NCBI GenBank assembly: GCA_054661495.1
Contig: BAAFSQ010000052.1
Location: forward strand, 20,091 to 52,090
DNA: 32,000 nt
Reading direction: 5' to 3'
Origin: Zygophlyctis sp. KS116
Taxonomy: Eukaryota; Fungi; Chytridiomycota
The position numbers and the translations under genes are program-made. How positions within the stretch are numbered: position 1 is the stretch's first letter; every line of letters begins with the position of its first letter. Below, piece by piece: positions 1 through 9,802 of the stretch. Below the pieces are notes generated by a model, which saw nothing but the letters and a program-made list of their open reading frames with translations, was not told the origin of the DNA and did not search any database.

Positions 1-314
1 AGGTTGTTTATTCAAACATATCTCTAAAGAATAAATCAAATTCTATGAATGGATCTCTCAAAAAAGGTTTTAGATCTGGTTCTGGATCAAGCAATAATAA
101 TCCTTTTTTAGCAGAAAAGTTGGTAATTAATGATTTTAAACGCTCTTTGTATTCTAAACCAGAGACTGATGCTTCTTTTTCAACTACTGGTAATGGGTCT
201 AGTGGATTACTAGATGAAATATATCAGGCAAAGGATGATACAGAAGACCAAGGAATTTTATTCTTTAATGATGATATTCAAGAATTGTATGGATCTGATT
301 ATGAATTGTTTTAA
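1..314 (+). CDS. 3' end of an unidentified protein gene (Ser/acidic-rich C-terminus), truncated by the window start
   Basis: Frame is open from position 3 to TAA at 312-314; no recognisable domain. Confidence 0.55.
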   Translation, partial: VVYSNISLKNKSNSMNGSLKKGFRSGSGSSNNNPFLAEKLVINDFKRSLYSKPETDASFSTTGNGSSGLLDEIYQAKDDTEDQGILFFNDDIQELYGSDYELF

Positions 315-387
315 ATAAAAGAAAAATTCAATGTCCGAAATATGACTTGCAGCGCTCACCTAGCGCTATGACCCTACAGATCTGAAA

Positions 388-2040
388 ATGAATGGTACAA
401 AGGAACTAACAGAAGATCAGTTATTAAAGGAAATTGGAGAGTTTGTTGATGAAGATGAGGCCTTGATCGCTGCTGACAGTCCAATCGTTCCAGATTTAAG
501 TATACCACTAAGCGCTACGATCCATGAAAATCATTTGGATAGATCAATAAGTCTTTGGTCGGGTATATGGATTATTATTGCATCTACTATTGGGTCGGGT
601 ATATTTGCTTCACCCGGAATTGTCTTTGGTTACACGAAATCAGTAGGTTCCGCATTATTGGTTTGGATTGTTGCAGGTCTTTTATCAATAACTGGAGCAT
701 TGTGTTATGCAGAGCTCGGATCAATGATGCCAATCTCTGGTGGAGAATTCACATACTTATTGAGGGCGTATGGATCTCTAGGTGCATTTTTGTTTTCTTT
801 TGCAAATATTTTGATTTCAAGGCCTGCTTCAACTGCGATTTTATCTCTTACTTTTGGTCAATATGTAGCTAAATTATTTGACTCATCCAGCTCTTTTCTT
901 GTGAATTTTATAGCTGTTACAGCAATTATTTGTATTTGTTCATTAAACATATTCTCTGCACGGGTAGCAGTGTTTGCGCAAGGTTGGCTTTGATTTAATT
1001 TTGATTATATTAGATATTTTAGCTGGCATTAAATTATTTGCGCTGTTGATGATAAGTTTATTTGGTATTCTGTACATGTTTACTGTAAATCTATGGTTAT
1101 AATTATACTAGAGCTCTAATCAACTGCCCACTTTTTGGTTTAATACAGCCTCTACATCATCCGGTGATTATGCGTTGGCTATATATTCTGCGCTTTGGGC
1201 ATATGATGGATGGAACTCTCTGAATTTAGTCTGTGAAGAATTAAAAAATCCTAGAGAGAATTTACCAAAGGCAGTTGTTGGTGGACCATTTCTCGTCATG
1301 ATTTGTTACTTTTTTACAAACTTGGGATATTTTACAGTTTTGGAACCTTCTCATGTCCAATATTCAAAGGCAATTGCTATCGATTTTGGGCAGGTTGTAT
1401 TTGGGGCGAATTTCGGACGTTTATTGTTTACAGTCATAGTAAGCTTAGCATGCGCTAGTGCTGCGCACGCAAATGTATTTTCTGGCTCTCGAATAATCTG
1501 GGTGAGTTTTTTTCATCATAATGATAGAATTCATCACGCAATCATGAAATTCCAGAAATATTTTCTCGAATTCATGAGAATTACGGGACTCCGCATTATG
1601 CAATACTATTACTTGGCTTAGAATCTATAGTGTTTGTAATTTTGGGGGATATTCCATCTCTTATCACACTTAATGGAATGATTGCCTTACCATTCTATTG
1701 GCTCAGTGCCATGGCTCTAATTGTATTACGTTTCAAAGAACCAAATACGCTCCGTCCTTTTAAAAACTGGCTCATTATTCCAATAGTATTTTCAACTGTA
1801 TCATTTCTGGTGATAATATATGGTGTAATGAGCTCTCCTTCACAGGCTCTAGTATCTTTGGCAGTTTTTGGAATTGGTGCTGGCGTTTGGTCACTTGATG
1901 AAAAAACTATTGTAATTATAAAATCTCGCTTGATCGAATGGTTTCATTCATTAAAGTCGAGGTTAACAGGGTCAACCAGGAAGGAATACATACATGCATC
2001 AAGCGATGGTATATCACTGACTGATTTCAATACGGAATAA
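388..2040 (+). CDS. APC-superfamily amino-acid permease (LAT/methionine-permease-like)
   Basis: Motifs IGSGIFASP, GALCYAELGSMMPISGGEFTYL and LWAYDGWNSLN. Introns 983-1013, 1085-1111 and 1502-1527 join ORFs 388, 1175 and 1630 into one frame. Confidence 0.93.
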
Positions 2041-2074
2041 TAATTGGTGACGTAAAGTTGTAATCATTTTAACA

Positions 2075-3650
2075 ATGATTAAAAATGATCGTGAATCAAA
2101 AGAAAATAGAGCTTCAAACAGCTCTAGAGATACCCGTAATGCAATTAACATTTCCAATACAAACAAATTAGAATCGTAATTATAAATGATTGATGTAATA
2201 GTTTATCCCTTTCAACGCCAAATCTGAATTTACCAATTCGCTTTAAGACAGATATGAGAAATACCGTCTGGGATGTTCTTCGGGATCGCAGCTGGAAGGA
2301 AGTAGACAGCTGTGATAGCGATTGGGATTTCTATTGGGCTCCGGTGACCTGGGTCCATGAGCAGTAATAACTTAATCAATTGACGTCAGATTTGATCATA
2401 TGTACTTAGGCGAAAATCAAAAGATCAATCATTATCGTAATCATTACGAGGTATATTTTTCGTGTCCTGAATGTTAGCTTACCAGGAAAGATTTGCTGGT
2501 TAAAAATGTGAAGCGAATGATTCGAACAGTTGAGAAAGAATTTGGTAAGGCTGAGGCTGCAAAGTTTGATTTCATTTCTACATCATATGCGTTGCCACAA
2601 GAGCATGCTCTATTCCAAGAAGAATTTAAACGGAATAGTGGAGGTGTTTGGATCATGAAGCCTGTCGGCAAAGCACAAGGGAAGGGGATTTTTCTCATAA
2701 ATAAATTAAGTCAAATATCTGGCTGGAAGAAAGATCCACGTCTTAAAAATGGAAAAGCAACCACGACAGATCCCCCTGAAGAAGGTCCAGAAGCATATAT
2801 AGTTCAAAGATACATTGATAATCCGTATCTAATTGGTGGTAAACAATTTATGGAGCTTATCAAAAGGAAAAAAGTTTGATATCCGAATCTACGTTTTAGT
2901 TACTTCATACTATCCCCTTCAAATCTATATTCACAGAAATGGATTTTGTCGTTTTTCAAATACTCAATTTAGTATGAACTCTAAAGACATATCTAATCTT
3001 TGTAAAATTATAAAACATCTAAATCTAGATATACACGCCACTAATGTTGCAATCCAAAAAACAGCACCAAACTATGATAGCGATAAGGGATGCAAATGGC
3101 TTCTTAGGAATTTAAAATTATATCTTACATCAAAACATGGAAAATCATCTGTAGATGCTCTATTTACAGATATGGAAGCACTTATTGTTCGAAGTTTGAT
3201 GAGTGTACAAAAAGTAATGATCAACGATAAGCATTGCTTTGAATTGTATAATTATATTTTTTAATCGTTTAGATATGGATATGATATACTTATAGATGAT
3301 GCTCTTAAACCGTAACATTTTTAGGTATTAATATTAGATGGCTCTTAGAAGTTAATGCATCACCTTCTCTCTCTGCAGAGACTCAATTTGATTATGACCT
3401 AAAGTATGGAATGTTGAGTGATGTATTTGATGTTATTGATTTGGAGAAAAAGTTTGCCCATGAAAAACGACTTCGGACACGAGTTGGAGGATTTGATCTA
3501 GTCTATAATGATGGATCTATCAAACAAGAAAAGACTTCAAACTACGCATCATACTTGGGAAGTTACAATCCTGTAATGCGAGCCCCTAGAATAAAGAAAA
3601 GATTTGCAGCATCAATGAATTCACTTTTAAATAGTAATCATAGTATTTAG
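2075..3650 (+). CDS. TTLL9: Tubulin polyglutamylase TTLL9-like
   Basis: Spliced product contains IRFKTDMRNTVWDVL, WDFYWA, HYRNHYELTRKDLLVKN, WIMKP, KFDIRIYVLVTSY, HATNVAIQK, CFELYGYDILID and PWLLEVNASPS. Seven introns: 2176-2201, 2364-2389, 2451-2477, 2839-2866, 3002-3028, 3246-3272, 3312-3337. Confidence 0.88.
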
Positions 3651-3662
3651 AATTAGAATAAA

Positions 3663-4043
3663 TCAATAACCCAATGGACTATAGTATGCTAGACCCGTAA
3701 GATTGTACCTATAAATCAGATAAACAATAATCCACGATAAGAATATTATTAAAAATAGGATTGATCCATAGAGTGAAAGCACTTGATCTAATACTTAAAA
3801 GAAAATAGTACATTGCTTGATATCCTTATTCAAGTTTGGAAAATCTCTAGTGATTGGCGCCAAATATAAATAGTTGATCAACCATATCCAAGGAAGCAGG
3901 GCGAATCCCAGATAAAAATACCGTGTAGCAACTTTTAAGAGTTCGTCTTCTTTGAGATTTAATCTCTTAATTTTTGGAGTAATATTCATCTCCGGCTTTT
4001 GGCCCAATACGAAGCGGTCTAGTTTTTGTATGAAATTCTGCAT
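3663..4043 (-). CDS. PEN2: Gamma-secretase subunit PEN-2 (presenilin enhancer 2) homolog
   Basis: RYFYLGFALLPWIWLIN resembles PEN-2 KYYLGGFAFLPFLWLVN. A 24-nt intron (3788-3811) adds a second exon YQVLSLYGSILFLIIFLSWIIVYLIYR...YSPLGY* with a hydrophobic helix and the terminal PLG motif. Confidence 0.85.
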
Positions 4044-4137
4044 TTAGGAAACACAATGATTAGAAACGATATGATTGGTTATCGAATCTTACACGTTGAA
4101 AGTTCGTGTCATCGGGAGATTCGCTCACCTTTATGCA

Positions 4138-4184
4138 GATAACTCATGGAATAACTCATTCTGATAATTAATGGGATAACTTAT
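4138..4184. repeat. Four degenerate copies of GATAACTCAT at a 12-13 bp period, upstream of PEN-2
   Basis: gataactcat at 4138, ataactcat at 4151, gataattaat at 4163, gataacttat at 4175. Confidence 0.55.
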
Positions 4185-4265
4185 GAAATTCTAATAAGTA
4201 CTGTCAATATTTCATTTATTGATCAGTTCAAATCGCAGTTGATTCCAAGATTCATAAAAAGTTCT

Positions 4266-4790
4266 CTAAATACTAGCACTTTCTTGTTCATAAAGCACAA
4301 TGTTAAATATGCTCAATAATGAGTCAACCATTGCCTTTGAAACCGGGACTGTGACTCCACGGATATTTATGTATGATCCAGAGCTAATCAACCGATCGGT
4401 GCTGTGGGCGCATGCAAGCGGGTCCCTTTCAGCTACTGAAGAAGACTTTCTTTCAGGAACACAACTATCTCCAAACTCCCGCCATGGATTAATTGAAAGG
4501 GGAAAATCAAAATTGCTTGCAATAAGTTCGAATTCGGGAATACCATTCGGCCCAAAACTATCAAAAAACTGATTGATAAAAGAAAGACAGTTTTTGGAGC
4601 CATTATTTCCATCAGAATAAGCAATTTTGCAAATATCTGTAGCTGACTTAAAGCAATCAGTGTGCGGTTTATCAGTATCAATTGTGCAGCTAAAATCATG
4701 GCCATCTGATTCTTGGCTAAAAGTCAAGGAAGTAGCAAAATAAGTTGGAAGAAAGCCAACAGAGAGAATTGCAGCGAGAGAGACTTTCAT
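4266..4790 (-). CDS. Secreted 6-cysteine protein, paralog A (174 aa), unknown family
   Basis: Hydrophobic N-terminal signal. The pattern C-x10-C-x7-C...C...WRxFGDxC...C is shared with 5034-5498. Single exon. Confidence 0.8.
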   Translation of the reverse strand: MKVSLAAILSVGFLPTYFATSLTFSQESDGHDFSCTIDTDKPHTDCFKSATDICKIAYSDGNNGSKNCLSFINQFFDSFGPNGIPEFELIASNFDFPLSINPWREFGDSCVPERKSSSVAERDPLACAHSTDRLISSGSYINIRGVTVPVSKAMVDSLLSIFNIVLYEQESASI

Positions 4791-4950
4791 TTTTATTTAT
4801 TTATTGTTTGCGATCATGATGTCACTAGAAATGCATTTAGATTCAGCGGGACGATCGATATATGCTGTAAATTCAGTTTCTTCTCAGATACCATTGTGTG
4901 ATTGGATTCTTCTTTAGATTTGAATATAAGGGAAATGATCAATCTCAAAT
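4718..4950. repeat. 233-bp direct repeat, copy 1 (upstream region plus signal peptide of paralog A)
   Basis: Identical by eye to 5426-5658 (offset 708 bp). Confidence 0.95.
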
Positions 4951-5033
4951 CAAATACATACTTAAATAATTCGTTCAGCGTTACTTTAATCATGAATCGA
5001 CCTTGCTATGATTTACAATCGCTCTTAATGAAA

Positions 5034-5498
5034 TCATTGTTTAACACCAACATAGTGGATAATTGTATTCACTAATTCTCTTGTTACTGGAAGCTTAATG
5101 CCTTGTGGACTTAAATAGGATTCAGTTTTCAGCAATTTAGTGGTGCTATCACTGCATCCTTGTTCGGTGCCTACTATAGCAACCCCTGATGTAGATTTTC
5201 TTCCAGCAATACAATTGTCTCCAAATGCCCGCCATGTGCTGCCAGAACTGAAACTATTGAAAATCTGGTTAATAGAAGAAATGCATTCTTGAGAAGGATT
5301 CACTGCTCCAGAGGATTGTGTCGAGTGAGTGGCTTTACAGGCACCTGCAGCTAAGTTAAAGCAGTTTTGGGCTGGTTTATCACCGATAATCGAACAAGAA
5401 TATTTGTAAGATCCTATAACCTTAATAAAAGTCAAGGAAGTAGCAAAATAAGTTGGAAGAAAGCCAACAGAGAGAATTGCAGCGAGAGAGACTTTCAT
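5034..5498 (-). CDS. Secreted 6-cysteine protein, paralog B (154 aa), unknown family
   Basis: First 24 aa are identical to paralog A; same Cys scaffold with WRAFGDNC. Confidence 0.8.
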   Translation of the reverse strand: MKVSLAAILSVGFLPTYFATSLTFIKVIGSYKYSCSIIGDKPAQNCFNLAAGACKATHSTQSSGAVNPSQECISSINQIFNSFSSGSTWRAFGDNCIAGRKSTSGVAIVGTEQGCSDSTTKLLKTESYLSPQGIKLPVTRELVNTIIHYVGVKQ

Positions 5499-5658
5499 TT
5501 TTATTTATTTATTGTTTGCGATCATGATGTCACTAGAAATGCATTTAGATTCAGCGGGACGATCGATATATGCTGTAAATTCAGTTTCTTCTCAGATACC
5601 ATTGTGTGATTGGATTCTTCTTTAGATTTGAATATAAGGGAAATGATCAATCTCAAAT
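5426..5658. repeat. 233-bp direct repeat, copy 2
   Basis: Identical by eye to 4718-4950. Confidence 0.95.
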
Positions 5659-5698
5659 ACATACTTTAATCATTAGTGCATCAGAAGCGCGGCCAATA

Positions 5699-6124
5699 TT
5701 ACAAGTTTATAACGACTTTACTCAAGTACAAACCTAGTAAAATTACAATAACTCCTACTCCCCAAACCATCCACTTCTCTTTAATTTTCAATTGACTCTT
5801 ATACTCTTGTACTTGAACTTGTAAATTCCTGAGATTAAATTCCATCATTTCCACTTTAGAATTATAATTTTCCAAAAGACCAACTTGACTTTGCAACTCT
5901 TCTTCTTTTTCTGCATAATTTTTAATTTCCTTTTTCAAGTTTTGTAATTCCTTGAGTGCTTTTGCATAGTCTAGTCCAACATTAACATTCTCACCATGCA
6001 ACAATGATTCTCGTGTTTCTTCTTCCGCTATCTGCTCCTTGACCCTGTGAGAGAAATTTGACAGTTCCTTGAGAGCCTTGAATGGAGTAGACACCTTGTT
6101 TCTCGACGTTGAAGGAGTGAGCAT
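5699..6124 (-). CDS. Tail-anchored coiled-coil protein of unknown function (5' end uncertain)
   Basis: Heptad-like E/K/Q/L-rich middle and C-terminal hydrophobic segment WMVWGVGVIVILLGLYL. Confidence 0.7.
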   Translation of the reverse strand: MLTPSTSRNKVSTPFKALKELSNFSHRVKEQIAEEETRESLLHGENVNVGLDYAKALKELQNLKKEIKNYAEKEEELQSQVGLLENYNSKVEMMEFNLRNLQVQVQEYKSQLKIKEKWMVWGVGVIVILLGLYLSKVVINL

Positions 6125-6340
6125 TGGATTTCTAGTATATTTAACCTAAAGCTTGTAAATTCCCCTAAACTTTGACTGTTCAGACCTAGGAGTCTGCAAT
6201 GAATGAAATCTACAAAAGACTCTCTAGACCCCAAAAGCTGGGTGTATCTCTAGGTAATGCAGTATTATTTACTCTAGGTCTTTTTGCATTTGCATTGACT
6301 GGAAATTTCTTGAATTCTTATTTTGAGAAAAAATTAAAAA

Positions 6341-7036
6341 ATGGAAAAGTACAAGAATAGAATTTTAGAGATTTTAAAGTCTCATGATCTGACGATAGTC
6401 ACTCCTAAATACATTCGTTTAAAATTACAAGAAGAATTTCAAGTGGATTTACTTGAGTTCAAGTCTGAATTAAAATCTTTGATTTCTGAATGTTTGACAA
6501 TTGTTGACATTGATGTAAAGGAAGAACATACTCAAGAGCAGACGCTAGAAGAAGTCATTGGTCCAGACACTGATGTTGTTGATTCTGACGCCAAAAGAAC
6601 TAAAAGTAGAAAGAGGGAGACAAGAACCAAGGTAAAAAATACTACTCCAAAAAAGTCTGCAAAGAAAGAGTCTGCAGGAAAACAGTCTTCAGGAAGAAAG
6701 GGATTTCAAATACCACATTATATTTCAGTAGAATTGGCTGAATTTCTAAATAGGAATACTGCTTCAAGAGCACAAGTTACAAAATTAGTTTGGGATTACA
6801 TAAAGGAAAATAATTTACAAGATCCAAAAGATAAGAGATTTATTGTTCCAGACGAGAAACTTAAAAAGGTACTAAGAAAAGATAGAGTTCAAATGTTTAA
6901 AATGACTAAAATACTCTCAGATCATATTAAAGAAGCAGCGCAAGAAGAAATTATGGAAACTGTACAAGATTCTTCTCAAGACTCTGAGACTGGTGAACCA
7001 AAGCTAAAAAAAGTTAAAACACTCAAAGAAGAGTAA
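6341..7036 (+). CDS. DEK-C plus SWIB/MDM2 domain protein (UAF30/Tri1/Spp27-like)
   Basis: N-terminal DLTIVTPKYIRLKLQEEFQVDL (DEK-C-like); SWIB motif SRAQVTKLVWDYIKENNLQDPKDKRFIVPDEKLKKV. Confidence 0.88.
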   Translation: MEKYKNRILEILKSHDLTIVTPKYIRLKLQEEFQVDLLEFKSELKSLISECLTIVDIDVKEEHTQEQTLEEVIGPDTDVVDSDAKRTKSRKRETRTKVKNTTPKKSAKKESAGKQSSGRKGFQIPHYISVELAEFLNRNTASRAQVTKLVWDYIKENNLQDPKDKRFIVPDEKLKKVLRKDRVQMFKMTKILSDHIKEAAQEEIMETVQDSSQDSETGEPKLKKVKTLKEE

Positions 7037-7052
7037 GGATCAGGTTTACAAA

Positions 7053-8446
7053 ATGTCTTTGAGACAAGTTCAAGTAAATTTACTACAAGAATAATAAAAA
7101 GTGGGATATTGAGAGTTCATTTGAGTTTCCATCTTCGTCTTCTCTTTTATCTTCGGATCCATTTCTTGAGATTCAAGGTCAAGTCTTAAAACTAGAACAG
7201 TATTGTCCGAAACAAGTGTCAATTTATATCTCAGAATTAACAAGGACTGTAGACTTTAAAAATACTATTCAAGAGTATGAAATAGAATGGAAGTCAAGGT
7301 AAAAGTTATAACATGGAAATTAGGGAAAATATACTATTGGAAATAGATAAAGTACTAGATCAGATTTCAATTGCATTGGCTAATAGAGAAATTCCGGTTT
7401 TGAAAGTCATTAATAGAAATGCTGATTCTGGGTTCAAGTTTGAAGATTATGCGATTGTATTGAATATTGGACAATTGAAAATCATGAATATAAGATTTGG
7501 AACTCAAAGATTTGAAATTTATGTAAATATCTTGAAAGATATACAACAAGGACTAGAGTGTAATGTAACTTCAAAGAAACGGTAAATTTGTCTTCTCAAA
7601 CTAGAGATTTATATTACAAAAATCCAGAATTATATACAAATCAGACAAAAGTAGATGATGCAGTTGAAAATATTGCTTGTTCGTTTGGAGTTCCAAGACG
7701 ATGCTTAAATGTTATTGCAGGTTCAAAAGGTTTGGTTTTTGGTAAACTTTTACTCTGTCTACGATCAGGATCAACATTGGATTGTAGTTTGGCAAATGAT
7801 CAAGTAAGGTTTCTTTGTTATGAATTCATAGGGAACTTTGATTCCTGAAGGTTATGAAATTGAATCATTTCGGACATCAGCAAAAGCTGTACTTGTAATC
7901 GAAAAAGAAGCTACATTTTCAAAATTACTAAGCCATAAATCGTGTAATTCTTCTTTTGCTTTTTTAGATTCTTGTATTTTGGTAACTGGGAAAGGGTAAA
8001 TTGTACTATAGTTTTAATATGATAGATATCCGGATGTTTCAACACGAATGCTGGTAAAATTGCTCTGTCAATATTTACCAATATATTGTATGATTGATGG
8101 TGATCCTCATGGATTTCAAATTTATCTAACATACAAATATGGATCAAAATCAATGGCCTTTTCCTCTTCTAGTTTAGCGATCCCTTCGATCATTCTCCTA
8201 GGAATATATCCTTCATCATGGTTTTCTCAATTACAGATTGCATTCAAGGATTTAATCCTATTATCAAGGCATGATGTAAAAAAATGCCATTGCTTGCTAC
8301 GTAATCCCCACGTTTGCCGTGATCAATTGCTCAAGAGAGAAGTAAGCCTATTGATCTTTTACAATTATAAAATCGAAATTCAGGCGATCTCTACGGAGAA
8401 TCTTGCCGCCTTTCTCGAAAACCACCTCTCGCCACCAAAGAGATGA
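7053..8446 (+). CDS. SPO11: Meiotic topoisomerase VI-A-like endonuclease Spo11 (start at 7053 or 7313)
   Basis: KRDLYY (catalytic Tyr region), VLVIEKEATF, LVTGKGYPD and DGDPHG. Introns 7582-7604, 7804-7831 and 7996-8025; probable upstream introns 7074-7101 and 7299-7323. Confidence 0.9.
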
Positions 8447-8497
8447 TCTTCACGCCACGCTCATTGTTCCCTTAAATCTTGATAATATAATCAATAA

Positions 8498-9787
8498 ATG
8501 AATCCTGAGATTGATCCACTTATCGCCCGAATAGAACTTATTACATATTTGTTGAAGCAATATAACCTCTTAAGAGATACTTCCGCAGTGATACAGAATG
8601 ATCTTCAAGTTTTGAATACTTTTGCATTGGCTAAAGATTGGGATAAAGTCAAGTTGGCTCTTGATAAATGGACAGAGAAGCTTAAGGATCCTAACCAAGT
8701 TGCAGTTATAATCTGCAAATGGAACATTTCGATTGAGGTTGCAGTGGACGGTTCGGACATTGAATTTTTAAAACTATTGCTTCCATTCGTTGGTAAGCAT
8801 AAGAAATTAAGAATCAAACTCTCATATATGGCAATCGCTTTAGAAAAGCAAGATCAAACAGTTGTGGAAATGATGTTACGCCATTTACATCATGATAAAG
8901 ACGATAGCTCAATTCTAGCTCGTCTTCCAAAAGAAGATCAAAGAGCATATCAAGCATTATTCAATAGATATTGCTGTGTATCAGACAATGATATCATTAA
9001 GGAAATCCTAGAAGATTATAAAAAAACTGACGTTTCAAAAGAAGAAGCATCAATTATTGCTCAAGAGCACAGGCTGGCCATGATCACATATCTATGTCAT
9101 CATTCAAACATTACGATTGCAGAAGATACTGTTTGGAATTGTATTAATAGTGGAAATATTCATATTTCAAAATTATTAGAAAAGTTGAAGGAAATATCTG
9201 TTATTGGCTGGATGGAAACATTTGATTCAGGTGAAAATTCGAGTGCTAGAATGGAATCTGGAGCAAGACCCAATACTCCATTGTACCATATATCAAACAA
9301 TAAAACTCCCAAAACCCAGGCTGAAGACGAACAGTTTAATTCTCTTTTAGCATTATATTCTGCATATGGTGGAAATATATCAGGCATTGATCTGGAAACA
9401 AAAGAAAAAATATCAGTGATGAATCCTCCAGGATCTCCCAGATCACTTTCTGGGTTCCTAAACAGAAAGGGAGCGCCTAAACGGTTTAGAGGTGCATCAG
9501 AGATTCCGTCCGAGGCAGCAGTTAAAATCGTTCAATCAAAACAAGATGATTATTGGACAAAATACTTGTGTGGAGAAATTCAAGATATATCATCTTTACC
9601 TTGGATGGAGCCTTCAAACGATTTCAACGTGAAATTCGATTATAGCGCCAGTGAAGCCAGTCTTCCTCAAGATCCAGAAAATGCAATATTCGAAGGTCTA
9701 GCAGGGTTAGCATCTAGAACAAATTCAGTTCGTCGTATAAGTCGGGACGATTCATCCTTAACAAATCCGCAGATTATAACTCATTAA
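8498..9787 (+). CDS. Hypothetical protein, 429 aa, possibly with degenerate ankyrin-like repeats
   Basis: Long intronless ORF. Segments AVDGSDIEFLKLLL, ALEKQDQTVVEMML and CINSGNIHISKLL weakly resemble ankyrin repeats. Confidence 0.7.
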   Translation: MNPEIDPLIARIELITYLLKQYNLLRDTSAVIQNDLQVLNTFALAKDWDKVKLALDKWTEKLKDPNQVAVIICKWNISIEVAVDGSDIEFLKLLLPFVGKHKKLRIKLSYMAIALEKQDQTVVEMMLRHLHHDKDDSSILARLPKEDQRAYQALFNRYCCVSDNDIIKEILEDYKKTDVSKEEASIIAQEHRLAMITYLCHHSNITIAEDTVWNCINSGNIHISKLLEKLKEISVIGWMETFDSGENSSARMESGARPNTPLYHISNNKTPKTQAEDEQFNSLLALYSAYGGNISGIDLETKEKISVMNPPGSPRSLSGFLNRKGAPKRFRGASEIPSEAAVKIVQSKQDDYWTKYLCGEIQDISSLPWMEPSNDFNVKFDYSASEASLPQDPENAIFEGLAGLASRTNSVRRISRDDSSLTNPQIITH

Positions 9788-9802
9788 ATTTTTTAGATTG
9801 AA

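Noticed and set aside
4713-5609. Plus-strand ORFs 4713-4901 and 5367-5609 sharing identical peptide sequence
   Set aside because: They are antisense by-products of the duplicated block.
4718-5658. 233-bp direct repeats as LTRs of a mobile element
   Set aside because: No TG...CA ends, target-site duplication or retroelement ORF, and the repeat includes the host genes' first 24 codons.
7942-7967. GT...AG segment in SPO11 as an extra intron
   Set aside because: The frame reads through it without a stop into CILVTGKG, and removing these 26 nt would shift the frame.
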